Below, one piece after another: positions 12,499-25,637 of a stretch of DNA of 64,000 bases. Origin of the DNA: Microthyrium microscopicum (taxonomy: Eukaryota); NCBI GenBank assembly GCA_010405405.1, contig MU004232.1, positions 2,673,038-2,737,037 on the forward strand, in the 5' to 3' direction. How positions within the stretch are numbered: the first letter of the stretch is position 1; each line of letters begins with the position of its first letter. The notes under the pieces are model-generated. The model did no database searches. It had not been told where the DNA came from and was given only the letters and a program-made list of their open reading frames with translations. Position numbers and translations under genes: made by a program.

Positions 12499-14556
12499 AT
12501 GTCGAGCGACACTCCCTCGCCTGTACGGCGGATCTCAGCTCGCTCTCCGTTTGTAGAAGCTTCACTCGCCACCGACATTGAAAACGACCCTGATGTCCTC
12601 TCCATCGACGACTCTCCCATCGACCAGCTCGCTCCACCACAAGAACATTCTCTAGCAAATTTCTACCGCCGGCCCAGTGTTGGCGCCACTGGCTCGCGGT
12701 TGCCGTTCGTCGCACACTCTGGCCCAGATCATTTACGCTTAACGGCGGAAGAGCGTGGCCGTTTACTCAAGGAAGAACGGAATTTACTCCGCGATAGCCA
12801 TCTATTACCACCAAAACCTGGCCGGCGAGCGGCAAGTGTTGGCTCCCACCGGGATTCTCAGGGGAGTATTGCTGGACTTGGGCGGGCTAAAAGTAATCAG
12901 GATGAGGAGCAAGCGTTGGCATCTGAGACGACGCCGTTGCTTGGTGCTGGGGGAGGAGCTGGTGGTGGAGGGGAGGATGGTGAGCCGCCTGGTAGTCCGG
13001 ATGTTGATTTGAAGTGGGAGGAAGCGGTGCTTAAGGGCCTTTTACAGACTACATGGCAGCGTGAGGCAAAAGTGCTGGCACGGAATTCGGCGCCGCTGAT
13101 ATTGACGTTTTTGCTGCAGTATTCGCTGAATGTGGCGAGTATCTTTACTGTTGGACATATTGGCAAGGTCGAATTGGGAGCGGTCAGTTTGGCATCGAGT
13201 AAGCACCCCTTTTTCCAGAACCTTGAATGCTTGAAACTGATGTACATGTGCAGTGACTGCGAGTATCACAGGCTACTCGGTCTATCACGGTCTCGTAACC
13301 AGTCTAGACACGCTCTGTGCCCAAGCATACGGCTCCGGACGACGCCATCTAGTCGGCATACAACTACAGAGAATGATATACTTTCTCAGCGTCATCACAG
13401 TCCCCATCGCTATCATATGGCTCAACGCAACCAGCATCCTCCAACTAATCATCCCCGAATCCGAAAAAGAGACCGCAAGACTAGCCGGCCTCTATCTCAA
13501 AATAACCGTCCTCGGAGCCCCGGGCTACGCTTTCTTTGAAGCCGGCAAACGCTTCATGCAAGCTCAAGGACTTTTTGACGCAAATCTCTACGTCCTCCTA
13601 ATATGCGCTCCCCTCAACGCCTTCCTCAATTGGCTCTTCGTCTGGGTACCATACTCCTCCATCCTCTATGTTTTCCGTGACTAACGATTCATAGTACTTT
13701 GGCTGGGGTTTCATCGGCGCGCCCATCGCCGTCGCCATAACCGACAACCTCCTCCCCCTCCTCCTCTTCCTCTACGTCTACTTCATCAACGGCTCCTCCT
13801 GCTGGGGCGGTTTCTCACGTCAAGCCCTCCGCAACTGGTGGCCCATGATCAAACTCGCCCTCCCCGGCCTAATCATGGTGTTAGCAGAATTCCTCGCTTT
13901 CGAAATCCTCACCCTCGCCGCCTCACACATCTCCGCCGCCCATCTAGCCGCGCAGTCCGTACTAAGCACCATCGCAGCAACAACCTACCAACTCCCCTTC
14001 CCCATGTCCATCGCAGCATCCACACGCATCGCAAACTTCATCGGCGCAACTCTCGCCGACGCAGCAAAAGTTAGCGCCAAAGTCGCGATGATGGCAGCAT
14101 GTTTCATCGGCGCGGTGAATATTGCGCTCCTATTCACGTTTAGACACGAATTACCTTATCTATTTACCAACGATGCGGAAGTCGCGGCGTTGGTGGCGGG
14201 TACGTTACCAGTTTGTATAGCATTCCAGCTCTTCGACGCTCTAGCAGCAATGTGTAATGGCATCTTGCGTGGTCTGGGACGTCAGGAGATTGGCGGGTAT
14301 GTGAATCTGTTTGCGTACTATGTTATTGCGATGCCGTTGTCGTTTGGTACGGGTTTTGGGTTGCATTGGGATCTTAATGGTCTTTGGGGTGGGCCGGCGG
14401 TGGCGCTTGGTTTGTAAGTTGTTCCTTTCTGTTTGATGTGAGAGGATAGAGAGCTAATGGGTGTGTAGGGTGGCGGGCATTGAGGGTGTGTTTATTTGGC
14501 GGACTAATTGGCAGAGGGCGGTGGATGATGCGCAGATTCGAAATGCGATGGGATAA
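12499..14556 (+). CDS. MATE family efflux transporter (ERC1-like)
   Basis: Motifs PLILTFLLQYSL, GHIGKVELGAVSL, LDTLCAQAYG, AEFLAFEIL, STRIANFIG and GILRGLGRQ. Three introns; stop TAA at 14554-14556. Confidence 0.92.
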
Positions 14557-15759
14557 GATAAGTTGGCGGTGGTATGTTTTCTTTATTAGGTTCAGCGTGA
14601 GCATGGCGTTGATGTTTTGGCATTATCTTTGTGGGTTGCATTTTGTTGCTGGTACCTAGTAGCCACGTGTGCTAGACCTATATGCTAGATGTTGTCGATG
14701 TGTTTGACGGCTTCAATATCTGAAGGAAATCGTAGAACTGTCTGTTTGGATGGTTCTGATCTTCTGTAATTCATAGTGATTGCATGATGACTGTTGTTCT
14801 CTCCAGCAATTACAGCTGCTCTTAAGCATAGGTTGCTTTCTCCAGAGCGCTTGAAAGATCCCTGTATGCCGTTTTGAGTCTTGATACTCTACGGTACGGC
14901 TCCACGCTTGTACAGTGATAGAGACGTCTGGCTTTGAAGACCCCGTGTGTAGATGTTATGTTCAACTTATTCACTCTTCATCCAGGAATTACGATCTACT
15001 ATGTCAAATGTATTCTCTGCCAGAAAGTACGTACCGCTGATACGAATTGCCTCGAACATCTTCGCTTGAAACATACAAACCTCCCGTTTTTCGGGGAAGT
15101 GATATGGCGATGGGCGCCAACATATCACAATGTAGTGTAGTTATCGGCAATACCGAGTACAGTATATCTTTACCTGCTAGATGACCGCTTGCTACATCCT
15201 TAAGGCCGCCCGAGAACTCCAAACTTACCGGTCAACAAAGAGCAATACAACTCACAAAAGCAAAAACCCAAACGCCAAATAATGCCAAAAGTTCAAAGAT
15301 AGAGAGATCTATTCAACACTCACACCCCACCCACCAAGATAATTATACCAGCTATATATACACAGCACCACATCGTTTCCCCACCCGCCCCTAAAACCAT
15401 CACAAAGACATGAGTGCTCTCTGCTACACATCCCCAACCAAGCCGCTGACATCATGTCAATTAACCACCACCGCACCATCATAAAGTCATTCAAGTCATA
15501 AAAACATCATCACAAAGCGCTCTTTTCCATACTTTTCGCACCAATAAACACCAAAAGCAAGAAGCAAGAAGCAAGAAAGAGCAAAAGACGCAAACGCGCA
15601 AGATTAGAACAATGCTACAGATATGCAAAAAACCCCAGAACCGCTGTGCCATGGTAGAAATGAGAATCAAAAAAGAATAACAGGGCTGGATACATGCACA
15701 AGATGAAATGCCACGCTCTTGACCAAAACAGAAACACAACGCCTAACCACGCTCAAACT

Positions 15760-18304
15760 TTACCGCAGTGCCTCGTACTGTTCTGCGACACGCCGGATCT
15801 CCCACCGCCACTCATCACCTAAATTGTCCCGTGGAATAGACCAGCGCTCGACTCTTCGGCGCCACTCTGCTTCTTCCGCTCGTTGACGGCGGACAAAGGC
15901 AGGACCGAGATCGAATTCTTCACCGACGACCCAGTCGACGTTTTCTTTGTCTGATGCTGCAGAGTTTATGCCGCCAGCACCAGGAGTGATTTTGGCTGTC
16001 TTTTCGTCTACCAAGTCCTCGATGGTGGCAAACGGGTCATCTTCCTCTTCGACAGAGATTGAGGGCGTACCGAGGCCGGTGTTGATACGCAAAGGGTCGT
16101 TGGCAAGGGTACGCGAGTCGATTTTGAGCCAGGTCATACGCTGGGGATCAAAGACCATTCCGCGCTCGACAACGACTCCACGGACTTGGCTGATCTGAGA
16201 GATAAGAGCTGGTCGTGGTGGTGAGCCGTGTCGGGGGATATTCTGGTCCCGTGGAGCAAGAGGAAGCATTGATGGGATACTGCTGGTATGGTGATGACGA
16301 GAATGGTTGTCCTTATGAGTAGGGTGTAATGGTAGCGTTGACGTTGATGGATTTTCGAAGGTTGTCAACGCATGCTCATTACCTTCCCATCGCTGTAGGT
16401 CTGGATTATAGACCATGCCTTTCTCGTCTATTGAATTGTTAGTAGCCATCGAGTTATAGGAACAATGGAAACTTACTCTTCGTACTCGCAGGTCCCATAT
16501 TTTTAATCAGGACAGGCTGACGAGCTTCACCCTTCTTCCTATGTCGTAATGTTGAGGGACTCGTTTGGGGGCTTCGCGCGGCGACCTGGGCTTTCCAATT
16601 GATCACATTTGTGACAGTCTCTAGTGGTCCACCAAAGCGAGGTCGATTAGCTGGTCCACCCAAACGTTGTTCTCGAGCATTTCTGCTAGCTGCTGTATCA
16701 CGAGCGAACCGAGGAGTATTGTCCCGGGGAAAGTAACTCCGTGGGGTCGGTGGAGCCAGAGGCGTAGTTGGGACTGTCGAAGTTGCGGAAGAATTTGATG
16801 GTGGAACTGGGGTCGAAGAGTTGTCGTGAGTAATTAGATTGCGCCGACTTGTGGTATTTCGTAGAGTTTTGGGTTGGACTCGGTTATTAGAAGGCTCCTT
16901 GACAAACTTGCTCTCTTTGGTAGCGGAAGTTGGCAAGTCATCGAACCTGTCCAATTCGGAGCCGTCGCCGAAAGCCCGCCGTTTTGGTACATTTAATGTA
17001 CGTTGATTAGCGGCTTGACGGAGAAGAGAGGCAGCTGTGGCATCTTTACGAAATCCTGTCCGACTGGGAGTGCTGTCTGCTGGATTTTGGGCTCCAGAAA
17101 TCCTCGAATATGGACGAGTGGTGGGCGAATGAGGTCGGTCATGGCTATCTGATGGCTGTCGGAAATGGAAGTTGGCGGATTTATTGCTGACATGATGGGA
17201 ATGAGAAGCCGTAGTGCCAGCTGGCAAGAATGGAACGGGTGGCCGTGATGCTGTGGGAGTGTTTCGGGATCCGAGAACAGGAGCAGATCGTTTTGACCGA
17301 AGAAGTTGTGCACTCGTCGTAGTTGGCGGTAAGCGATTAAATCGACTTACGTTTCGTTGAGGTGCGGCTGGGCTATTGCTGCTTTCCGGGACAGGATCTA
17401 GCTTGTGGTTCTTTGTAAGAGTAGCTGGTCTGGGTATTTTTGATGAACCAGGCTTGTCAGTAAAGGTGAGAGTAGTTCCAGATCGAATAGCCGGGGATGA
17501 TGACGGCTTGGTTTGAGCAATCTTGACATTTCGATTGATCTTCCGGCGCTTAGGATCAATCAGCTCATTTTCGCCAAAGTCGAGGCCGGCCATCATGTCA
17601 TCTTCCTCGTTCTGGTGACTGAGTCTATTTACAGAATCACGCTTGACATGTGAGGCGGTCGGTTGTCCTGGATGTTGCGGTACTGAAGTTGGTGGATCAT
17701 ACTCCGAGGCTTGACGTTTCTTTAGTCGGCTGTTGAAATCAATAGGCTCAGTTGGTAATTCTAGTCCACCAAAATCATCTTCCTCGCTTTCCATGGTGAT
17801 GCAACTACCGCTCAAAGCCGAGACAGAGGAGCTGCGACCACGATTATCACGACGAGAGCCTGCATTGCGGATACCTAAGCTTCCTTCCGCCCATTCCGAA
17901 TCGAAGTCTTCCATTTCGGTTGTCGCAGGTGTGTTGGGGGCAAGCGCTGATTCAGTTGACATTTTTGGTCGTAATTTCAGTCCTTCGGTTCCTCCCATTG
18001 GAATGTCAAAGTCGTCACCCCAGTCGTCCGCCACATTAGGACGTGACTTCTTTTTCCCCAGGCGCTTGATGGTTCCACCTAATAATGCTGAAGAGGGGAC
18101 ATTTTGTGGAATATTGAAGCCAACTTTGTTGGCGGCGGAGATGGCATTGTTTGTTGTGTCGTCCGTAGCAAGGTTGACCTGCCAGTCATCTTCACCGGCA
18201 ATGGATTCTGAGCGAACTGATACTCTAGAGGAGACGTTGGTGTGGGCTGATGAGTTTGCGAACATGTCTCCTTGAAAATCGAGGTCATCGTCCCAGTTTT
18301 CCAT
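15760..18304 (-). CDS. byr4: Byr4/Bfa1-like cytokinesis (SIN/MEN) inhibitor
   Basis: Motifs ENWDDD, FGDGSELDRFDDLP, GMVYNPDLQRWEGNE, PALI, GMVFDPQRMTW and EEFDLGPAF. Intron 16428-16476. Confidence 0.85.
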
Positions 18305-18695
18305 TGTTGCTCAGTCGTCTGCGCGGAGCGCGCCGCAACGAACAGAGCGTGTTGCTGAAGGAAGGCGCAGTGATTGAGACCAGAGACGGGACAGCGACAG
18401 TGGAGGGATGTAGGAGAGCAGCAGGATTGTCGGCAGGAATTGTAGTTGGGTGAGATGGAGCAAGGTTAGTGGGTGGTGTAGAGGGTACAGTACGATGGTT
18501 GAAGAGGGAGGTCGGGTGGTTGGTTTGAACTTGGGACAGAAAAATGCACGGACATAAAAGGAGGCAGGCACACTTTCCTGGGATGTCAGGGTTGGCAGGG
18601 ACGAACGTGCAACTTGCAGGCATTTCAGGCCCCGTCGCAGCTTCCCTTGTTGATGCAGTAACTTACTAACTCTACAAGTCGTTTTTCGAGTCCAA

Positions 18696-18760
18696 CTGCC
18701 TCTCCTGCCTCTCCTGCCTATGCCTGCCTATGCCTGCCTATGCCTGCTTATGCTTGCTTC
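18696..18760. repeat. Degenerate 9-10 bp tandem repeat (CTGCCTCTC / CCTGCCTATG)
   Basis: About 7 consecutive units are visible directly in the byr4/XRCC4-like intergenic region. Confidence 0.8.
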
Positions 18761-18900
18761 TAAAAAACTAGTTCTCCCCCTATATCGCAACCAATTAAGC
18801 TGCCATCACTCGCTGCTTGATGCATACTGCAACGCCCGCATATATCCACTTCGCGACAATTCTATCCACGTTGCAACTTGCAAGACAGCAGCTTAGGCCC

Positions 18901-19040
18901 TTGACGCGACTCAGACGCGTCAACCTAGTCCTAGAGCCTTACCAGCCTGACCTGCTCAGGTTCAAATATTGTATGGGTATATCCACCCAGACCCGCGGCA
19001 CCAAACCCTGAGCACGCTCAGCACGCGGTACACACGCGAC
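18901..19040. promoter_or_regulatory. Cluster of MCB-like ACGCG(T) motifs in a divergent promoter
   Basis: TTGACGCG-N7-CGCGTCAA inverted repeat at 18901-18923, containing ACGCGT. Further ACGCG sites at about 19023 and 19034. Confidence 0.35.
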
Positions 19041-19630
19041 TGAGCGTTTGACATATCCCTCTGTTCCGCACTGTAGCAAGTAACAGGTAACTACTGATCC
19101 CAGCAACCGTTGGCATCGCGCTCCTCACCGCCCATCGCCGCGAAGGGAGCTTAGGGAGCAGGCAGAACCCGGTGCCTAAACCAATATCTCAACTATCCCA
19201 TTGCTCAAAACCTCCTTCATAGATCCGTTCTGTACTGTGACAGCCGTGAGCCTGGATCCAAAACAGCGCCGTTTCTTACGGTCCGCCCCCCGCCGTTTCG
19301 CATTAAGCTGCGCACCGATTCATCACGAGCGCCATTGTTCTAGGATCTCAAAAAGGGCAATACGACTGCTCACCTTGAATCTTGCATCGCGTATCGAGAC
19401 TGAGGTGCCAAACTGAGGTGGGTTCCTCGGAAAACAAGAAATTTCATTCACTTTTTGCAGCGAGGTGGCCACTCGAGCTTTGTCAAATCTCATTCCAGGA
19501 CCACACGGCTCTTTGGGCAATCCATGCCTGACAGGTTTCTAACGACCTTAATTCCCCGCAATCTACCCGCCTAATCGATATATCAGAACGCGGCTCCGAA
19601 TCATTTAAACGCACCCAAGCGCAATAAATT

Positions 19631-21190
19631 ATGTCGCAACAATCTCGCCGAATTCTACGCGTTCGACGCGTCGATTCTGATACTACAGATGAAAATCCTT
19701 TCAGTCTAATCAGTTTCACACCTAGCGAAGACCGACAGCCCTCACTAAATCTTCGACTAGTCGCCACTGAAGGCGAGGCTGCATTTGTGGGTACAAGTAA
19801 GTACATGTGCTGTCAATATATCTAGCTTTACCACATGAGCCGCATGGCATGGCATGACATACTGCAAGCCGCGGGATCACGTTGATGTTCCCATATCAAC
19901 TTCCCTGGCGATCATCCCCTTCATCCGCATTGCGCAAATTTAGATTTTCATTCACGTAAAGTTTTACTAAATTTCTTTAAAGTACAACACGACCAGATTG
20001 ACGCTCTACGGTCGACGAACTACACGGGGAACAACTCCGAATGGGAATCTGTGCTCACGCGAACACTACTGCATTCGCCAATATCAACGGAACATGCATC
20101 GGCCCTTGATGGTTTGGAACTGGTATCATCCGTATCCAACGGCAAGCTGCAACTGATATGGCAACGAAAGAAGCGAACCGCAACTGTACCACCATCCAAT
20201 ATCTCTTTCAGATTTCCATCCCAGTTAACCATTCGTGTAGCATACCCTTGGGTCACTGAACCTAGAAGAGACAGATGATGAATCTATCGATCCCTTCTAC
20301 TGGACCGGCGATGCTGTACAAACCGCGGATGCTGCGGAAGTCGCAGTCGAAAGTCTTCGAGAAGAGATTAACGCGCAAAACGCAACAATCTCAAAACTCC
20401 GCGAGCAAGTCCAGAGCTTAAAAGAAGCCAAAAAGTCGCACGAGAGTCAATTGTTTGAAAAGTTCGTCGCGTTATTGAATAATAAGAAATTGAAGATCCG
20501 CGACCAGCAACGGCTTCTAGCCGGGGCAAAAGTTGATCCCGCCGCTGGTAAGTTCATCCAATGTCCCCTAGAGCACATGCATGGCCTAGTAAGCCCTCGA
20601 TCCAAATTTCTTTATCTTTGATTAATATCCATCACACTTTTTCGCACGGTCCTTGTGTTTACATATTTCCTTTTATAGCAGGGCAACTTCAAGAGGCACG
20701 CGCAGAGACGCGTTCGGGCGGCAATGCGAGGTCAGCGGGCAAACGGAAAGCTCCCGTGGCCAAGGAAGAGTCTGGGTCTGATGATGATTCCTCGGACGCG
20801 TTTGAGGATGCTGAGATGAAAGATGTGGAGGATCAGCAGACGCCTGAGCCCTCTGATCAGGATACGGCAGATGAGAAAGAGCCTACTCCTCCGCCTGTCA
20901 AGCAAGCTGTGCGGCGAACCATTGGTGGCAAGGCGAAGCAAGCTGCTGCTGCGTCGTCAAAGGCAAAAGCACCTTCGCCGAAACCAAAGACGCCTATGAA
21001 GGCGAGAAATGTGTCCCCACCTGCTACTCGAAATGCACCGAAGTCAGTTGAGAAGACTTCAGAGTCAGAGAAACCACTGCCACCGCGTCGAGAGCTCCCT
21101 TTCAATAAGAAAGCTCAGGAAGTCCCAAAGACGAAAGCAAGTGCAGCAGTTCAGCCTGATGACGATTCAGAAACTGAGGACGAGTTATAA
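19631..21190 (+). CDS. XRCC4/Lif1-like NHEJ protein (4 exons)
   Basis: Head motif LRLVATEGEAAF, coiled coil LFEKFVALLNNKKLKIRDQQRLLAGAKVDP, and acidic tail DDDSETEDEL. Canonical introns. Confidence 0.75.
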
Positions 21191-22298
21191 TGATATGCGG
21201 TATCCTGACTGGTGTGTTAGATTAACATACATATGTAGAACTCCCGAGTGACGGCCAGAACTGTGTATGCCAAACTTAATGAACACGTTGTCTATAATTT
21301 CAAGCGTCTTCCAACTCAGATTTCTCCACAACTCCACAAAACATAGAGCTTCAGCCTTATGAGGCTCTGCGGGCCAGCCCCTCATTGTTCAACAACGTTC
21401 CCTTCACATCCTAACTTCATATCACCCATAAGACGTTCTTGAGTTTGGCCAAAATATTCTCCACCGTCTCTTCTTTATCCGAAGAATCTACTTAGCCGAA
21501 GCTAGAACACCATTGCAGCATCCGAGCCAGTAAGGCCTGCATGAACATGCGAAGTGTTGGCGGCGCAGCATATGCGACTCGCCCAACGGATGATGTGTGC
21601 ATAACCGTATACGAAGATCCCATGTTCGTGGTGGATCTCTTATACAGTGTATTGTTGAGATTTACTAGAATAACTCGTTTCAGAAAGTCAACGTCCTCTG
21701 TTTACACTATCTTAAAATCAGTCATAAGCCATACAATTCTCATCAAGAATTTTGACGCAGCAAGAGGCCAGTTTCAGTATTATTCCTTACCAACTCTCCG
21801 GTGTGACTGATGGCAGTCTAATTCGTGGACCAGAGTAGGCTTGGTAGCTTCCACGTTTGGATGACAACTTGGCTGCATAAATATCTGCGATAGCGGTATA
21901 GATAATCCATACATCACCCTAGTTCAAAAGTGCAGACCGACAGAAACAGTTATCAGGCATTTGAAATTCGGCAGTGCTGTCTTTTCAGCTCTGTTATAAT
22001 AACTCTTTTGGTTTTTTGATAGGCATTATTTGGTTGGATCCAGTGCTTAGAAGGATTCTCTACGCCCATTTTCTTCAGCGTTGCATTGGCCTCACTCGGT
22101 AAGGACTGATGGTGTGTATGCACTTGAGTGTTATCCGTATAACCTGTTCGCTTGTTCGCTATAGCTAAGAGTATTGGGCTAAACACTTTTATCGTCGCCA
22201 CTAAGTTCTTTAAGCTATCTTGGCTGCTCAGTGCTTACATACGCTATAGGTAGCTTGATCGGCCACTCCTAAAGAATTTGAGCATATGATTGAACAAC

Positions 22299-23580
22299 AT
22301 GTCACAATATCCGCAAATGAATTGCCCTTCCGGCGGCCTATTTTACGCTTGCACAAATGGCAGTCAAGGGTTTATTGGCTGCTGTGGTGCGACAACTGCT
22401 TGCTCGACAGGTTGTGGAGTAGGGTCACTGTAAGTTCTCCGATTCGTACCATCTCTTTTTCTTTTTCTTTCTATTGGCCTGCGCGAACACGCTTTGTGGG
22501 AATGAGATGCTTTAATTCCTATTGCATTTGATGGGAAGTGAAGCACTTGGTAGTAAAGCGTAACAGAAGGCAGACAATCACACTTGAATTGGAGGATGCC
22601 AAATTTCTTTGGCATATCGAACCGCTGAAAGCATGATAACTGATCATTTCAGGGAGCCGACTGGCTTTGATAACTCAGATAGCACAGTCTACGACCAGTT
22701 ACACGATCCGACATGCGTCGATGGAGGAAACTATTTGCCGTATAGCTGTGGTGCTGTTGGAGCAGCAGACACATTCTGGGGTTGTTGTTCTATCAATCCG
22801 TGTAAGAACAACAACATATGCCCAAAGAGCAACCTTGGTCGAGCAGCCTTACCGGTCGTTCAGGCCAACTGGCCTGCTTTCATCGTGGGTTCAAGCAGTA
22901 CACAGTCATCTTCGGTTTCATCCTCCACTACCAAACCATCAAGCGTTGGAACTCCAAGAGCGACACCACATAAAACGAATGTCACTGCTGCCGCGGTAGG
23001 CGGTGCCCTCGGTGGAGCTGTTTTTCTCATAGCTATATTCGCACTACTATGCTGGTTTCGCAGAAAGCGAACTCGGCATAACACACACGAAGCTCAAGAA
23101 CCTATGCGAGAGACCAACCATTTCAGAGACTCCAATGCTCCCACCCTCGTGCCCAGTCCCTATCCAGGAAGTCCAAGCAAATGTAAGTTCTGCATCACTT
23201 TCGACCATAATCCACTAACAATCTCAGCCTATGCCGCAAAATTTGGAAATTCTCCCGAATTGACCCAGCCATCTTATAACAACACACCAGCAGTGGGCAA
23301 CGCAATGACACCACATCAGTGGACGCCCGCAGACCATCAACAATGGGGTTCAGGACAACAGCAGTTTGGAATGGCTTGCCAACAGCCATGGGGACAACAC
23401 CGTGGAATGGAAGGCTTTAGAGCAGCATCACCGCAGTGGGCTATGATTGCTGGTGGTTCGCATATACCTCCTGCCGCAGAACTGCCTAGCTCTCCTATAC
23501 CTGGCGAGTTGCCAGCAGAAGGTTATGTGTTTGAGGAACACGGGGGCTTCGACTATGGTCATGCTAGACGTGAGAACTGA
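22299..23580 (+). CDS. Cys-rich ectodomain single-pass membrane protein
   Basis: Exon 1 (missed by the ORF track) reads MSQYPQMNCPSGGLFYACTNGSQGFIGCCG; intron 22430-22652. A second C...FWGCCSINPC repeat follows, then a Ser/Thr stalk, TM helix (AVGGALGG...WFRRKR) and AELP motifs. Confidence 0.75.
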
Positions 23581-25571
23581 TGCGCGCCATTATCATGAGG
23601 ACTTTATGTATGGCGTTGAAAGATAAGATTGGCTTTATGTACAAGTACCTGTTAGTACTTGATATTAGATATGAGTGATATTTACCCGGATTTTTGCAAA
23701 TCCAGTGATAGCCACAGCTTTGGATGTGAAAGAAAGAACTTCATGAGAAATAAAGCAGTGCAACGTACCGCGTGGCGTATGGCAACTACCAAAGTAGCCG
23801 AGAACATGCGGTTTGGGCGGTTGCTGTCGTTGACAGATGCAGTCTTACCGAATGCGCGAAATGCACGGAATGCCAAAGTATCACCGAAGAAAGCAATAAA
23901 CGAGCATCCCGGCTCTGCGATTTCAAATTGATCCAAGCCAGTGAATCAGAACCAGCATGCGTAGGATGTAGCTGCAGAGTAGAAGAGGATCCGATAGACG
24001 CCTGAGAGCCGAGCGATGATATTGCTGGCATTTCCTCTCGGATTGGACTGGTAAAGTCTGCGGCTTCAGCATTCAACAGTGAAGTTGCAGATGAAGACTT
24101 TACAGGAGAGCCACGCGCATTCTGGAATGCTCGTTGAACTGCAGGTGAAGATGCAGTGTTTATCGCCAATATCTCTTCTAGTCTCAGAGGTGTCTTGCTG
24201 GTCGTACAAGAAAAGTCGTTTAATAGACTCCTGCTTCCTATTATGCAGTCCAATTCTAGTTCAAAATTGTATAGCCATGTTCGTGAGAATAGATTCGGAG
24301 CTTGGTGACAGATTTAGAGAGGCAACTCTCTCGGCGCAATAGTCATGTTAGTTTATTATAAGTTTGCGTTGGCCCTTGGAGCGGCAAATTAGGAGAAGAA
24401 TTTCAATTAGCACGTCGATTATTCTCACTAGGCTCGATATGCCAATGTAACAGTTACTTCGCTGGTCCAAGAAACCTCTGCAGATAAGCTGCGCGACCTG
24501 AGTGTCTTGTACTTTGGCCAAGTTCAGATCCAAGAGTTTATCTCTTGGCTGAGGAAGCGGTGAAGTTTGTGTGTTACTTGACGACGTCTAAGCCTCAATG
24601 TTAATGACGCGTCGCTCCAGTCAAATAAAGTTTAAAATACCAGATCCTTTACAGATCCGATACCGATTAACGGATTTGTGATAAGTGGAAAGGCTATTGC
24701 AACTACAATGCTGTCTCAACAACGATGTAGCCTGTAGGTACCACAATCAACACTATGAAAACTTTCAAGTCTAAAAGGTTCCGTTTGCTTGGTTTAGGAG
24801 TAAACGAGAGCATATGACGTATAATCATGATGTTCATAGCATTGTTTTTGATTGCAAGCAAACGAACTCACTGCCACTAAGCTCTGAATACCCAGGTTGC
24901 TACCAACAAACTTACTGCGACTTCAATTGACTTGGAGTCACAAGACTATATTACCAATATAAACGTCCCAAAGCTGTGTGCGGTTTCCATTCGGGTTTGA
25001 ATTTGATTTCTCTCGACGATGGTCTTGAAATGATGTTGACGCGATGTAAATGACGAAATCGGTATTGCTTGGGACCGGAATCAAGGTGAGACTGAAATTC
25101 ATGCTTCAATAGCCCACAGAAGCGAATGAGCTGCGCCTATTTCACCATGTGCAGACTTACTTAATTCTACGACCTTGAATTTGTTCTAGGGACTTAAAAC
25201 AATGTGGTTTTGGTCCCAGAGGAAACTGCAACACCGCCGAAACGGAACAGCCGTCTCTGGCTGGATTAAGACCCGTCAAGTGTTCAAGGTATACTGCATA
25301 TTAAGACAAGACATTTGGCATTCTTGTACTCCATTTCCAAGTCATAGTACAGAAATATCAACTTCTAGACCTCTCTTCTTCGGGGTACAAAAGTTGAAAT
25401 CGCTCTTGGCTGGTATCCGCTGAGGCTGGGCAGCGACGATCATCAAAGGCGAAGTGTATACCCGTTGATACAGGAAAATTGGCATCCATCTGGTCGGTAC
25501 CTGCCTCCAGCTATCCATTGAACCCACCGAATTGACGAAGATGTCATTGCTCATGTAGATGCGCTAATAAA

Positions 25572-25637
25572 GGCTGTTTCTAAAATCCCCCCCAAGATCT
25601 ACTAAAATCCCCCTCAAGATCTACTAAAATCCCCCTC
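25572..25637. repeat. Left TIR with 3 tandem CTAAAATCCCCC motifs
   Basis: Motif period is about 21-22 bp; mirrored at 30067-30132. Confidence 0.9.

Noticed and set aside
23682..24533. Short overlapping ORFs on both strands
   Set aside because: No recognisable domain or coherent exon structure; a hypothetical gene cannot be excluded.
25572..25637. CRISPR-like or telomeric repeats
   Set aside because: Eukaryotic context, no spacers, and mirrored at 30067-30132 as a TIR.
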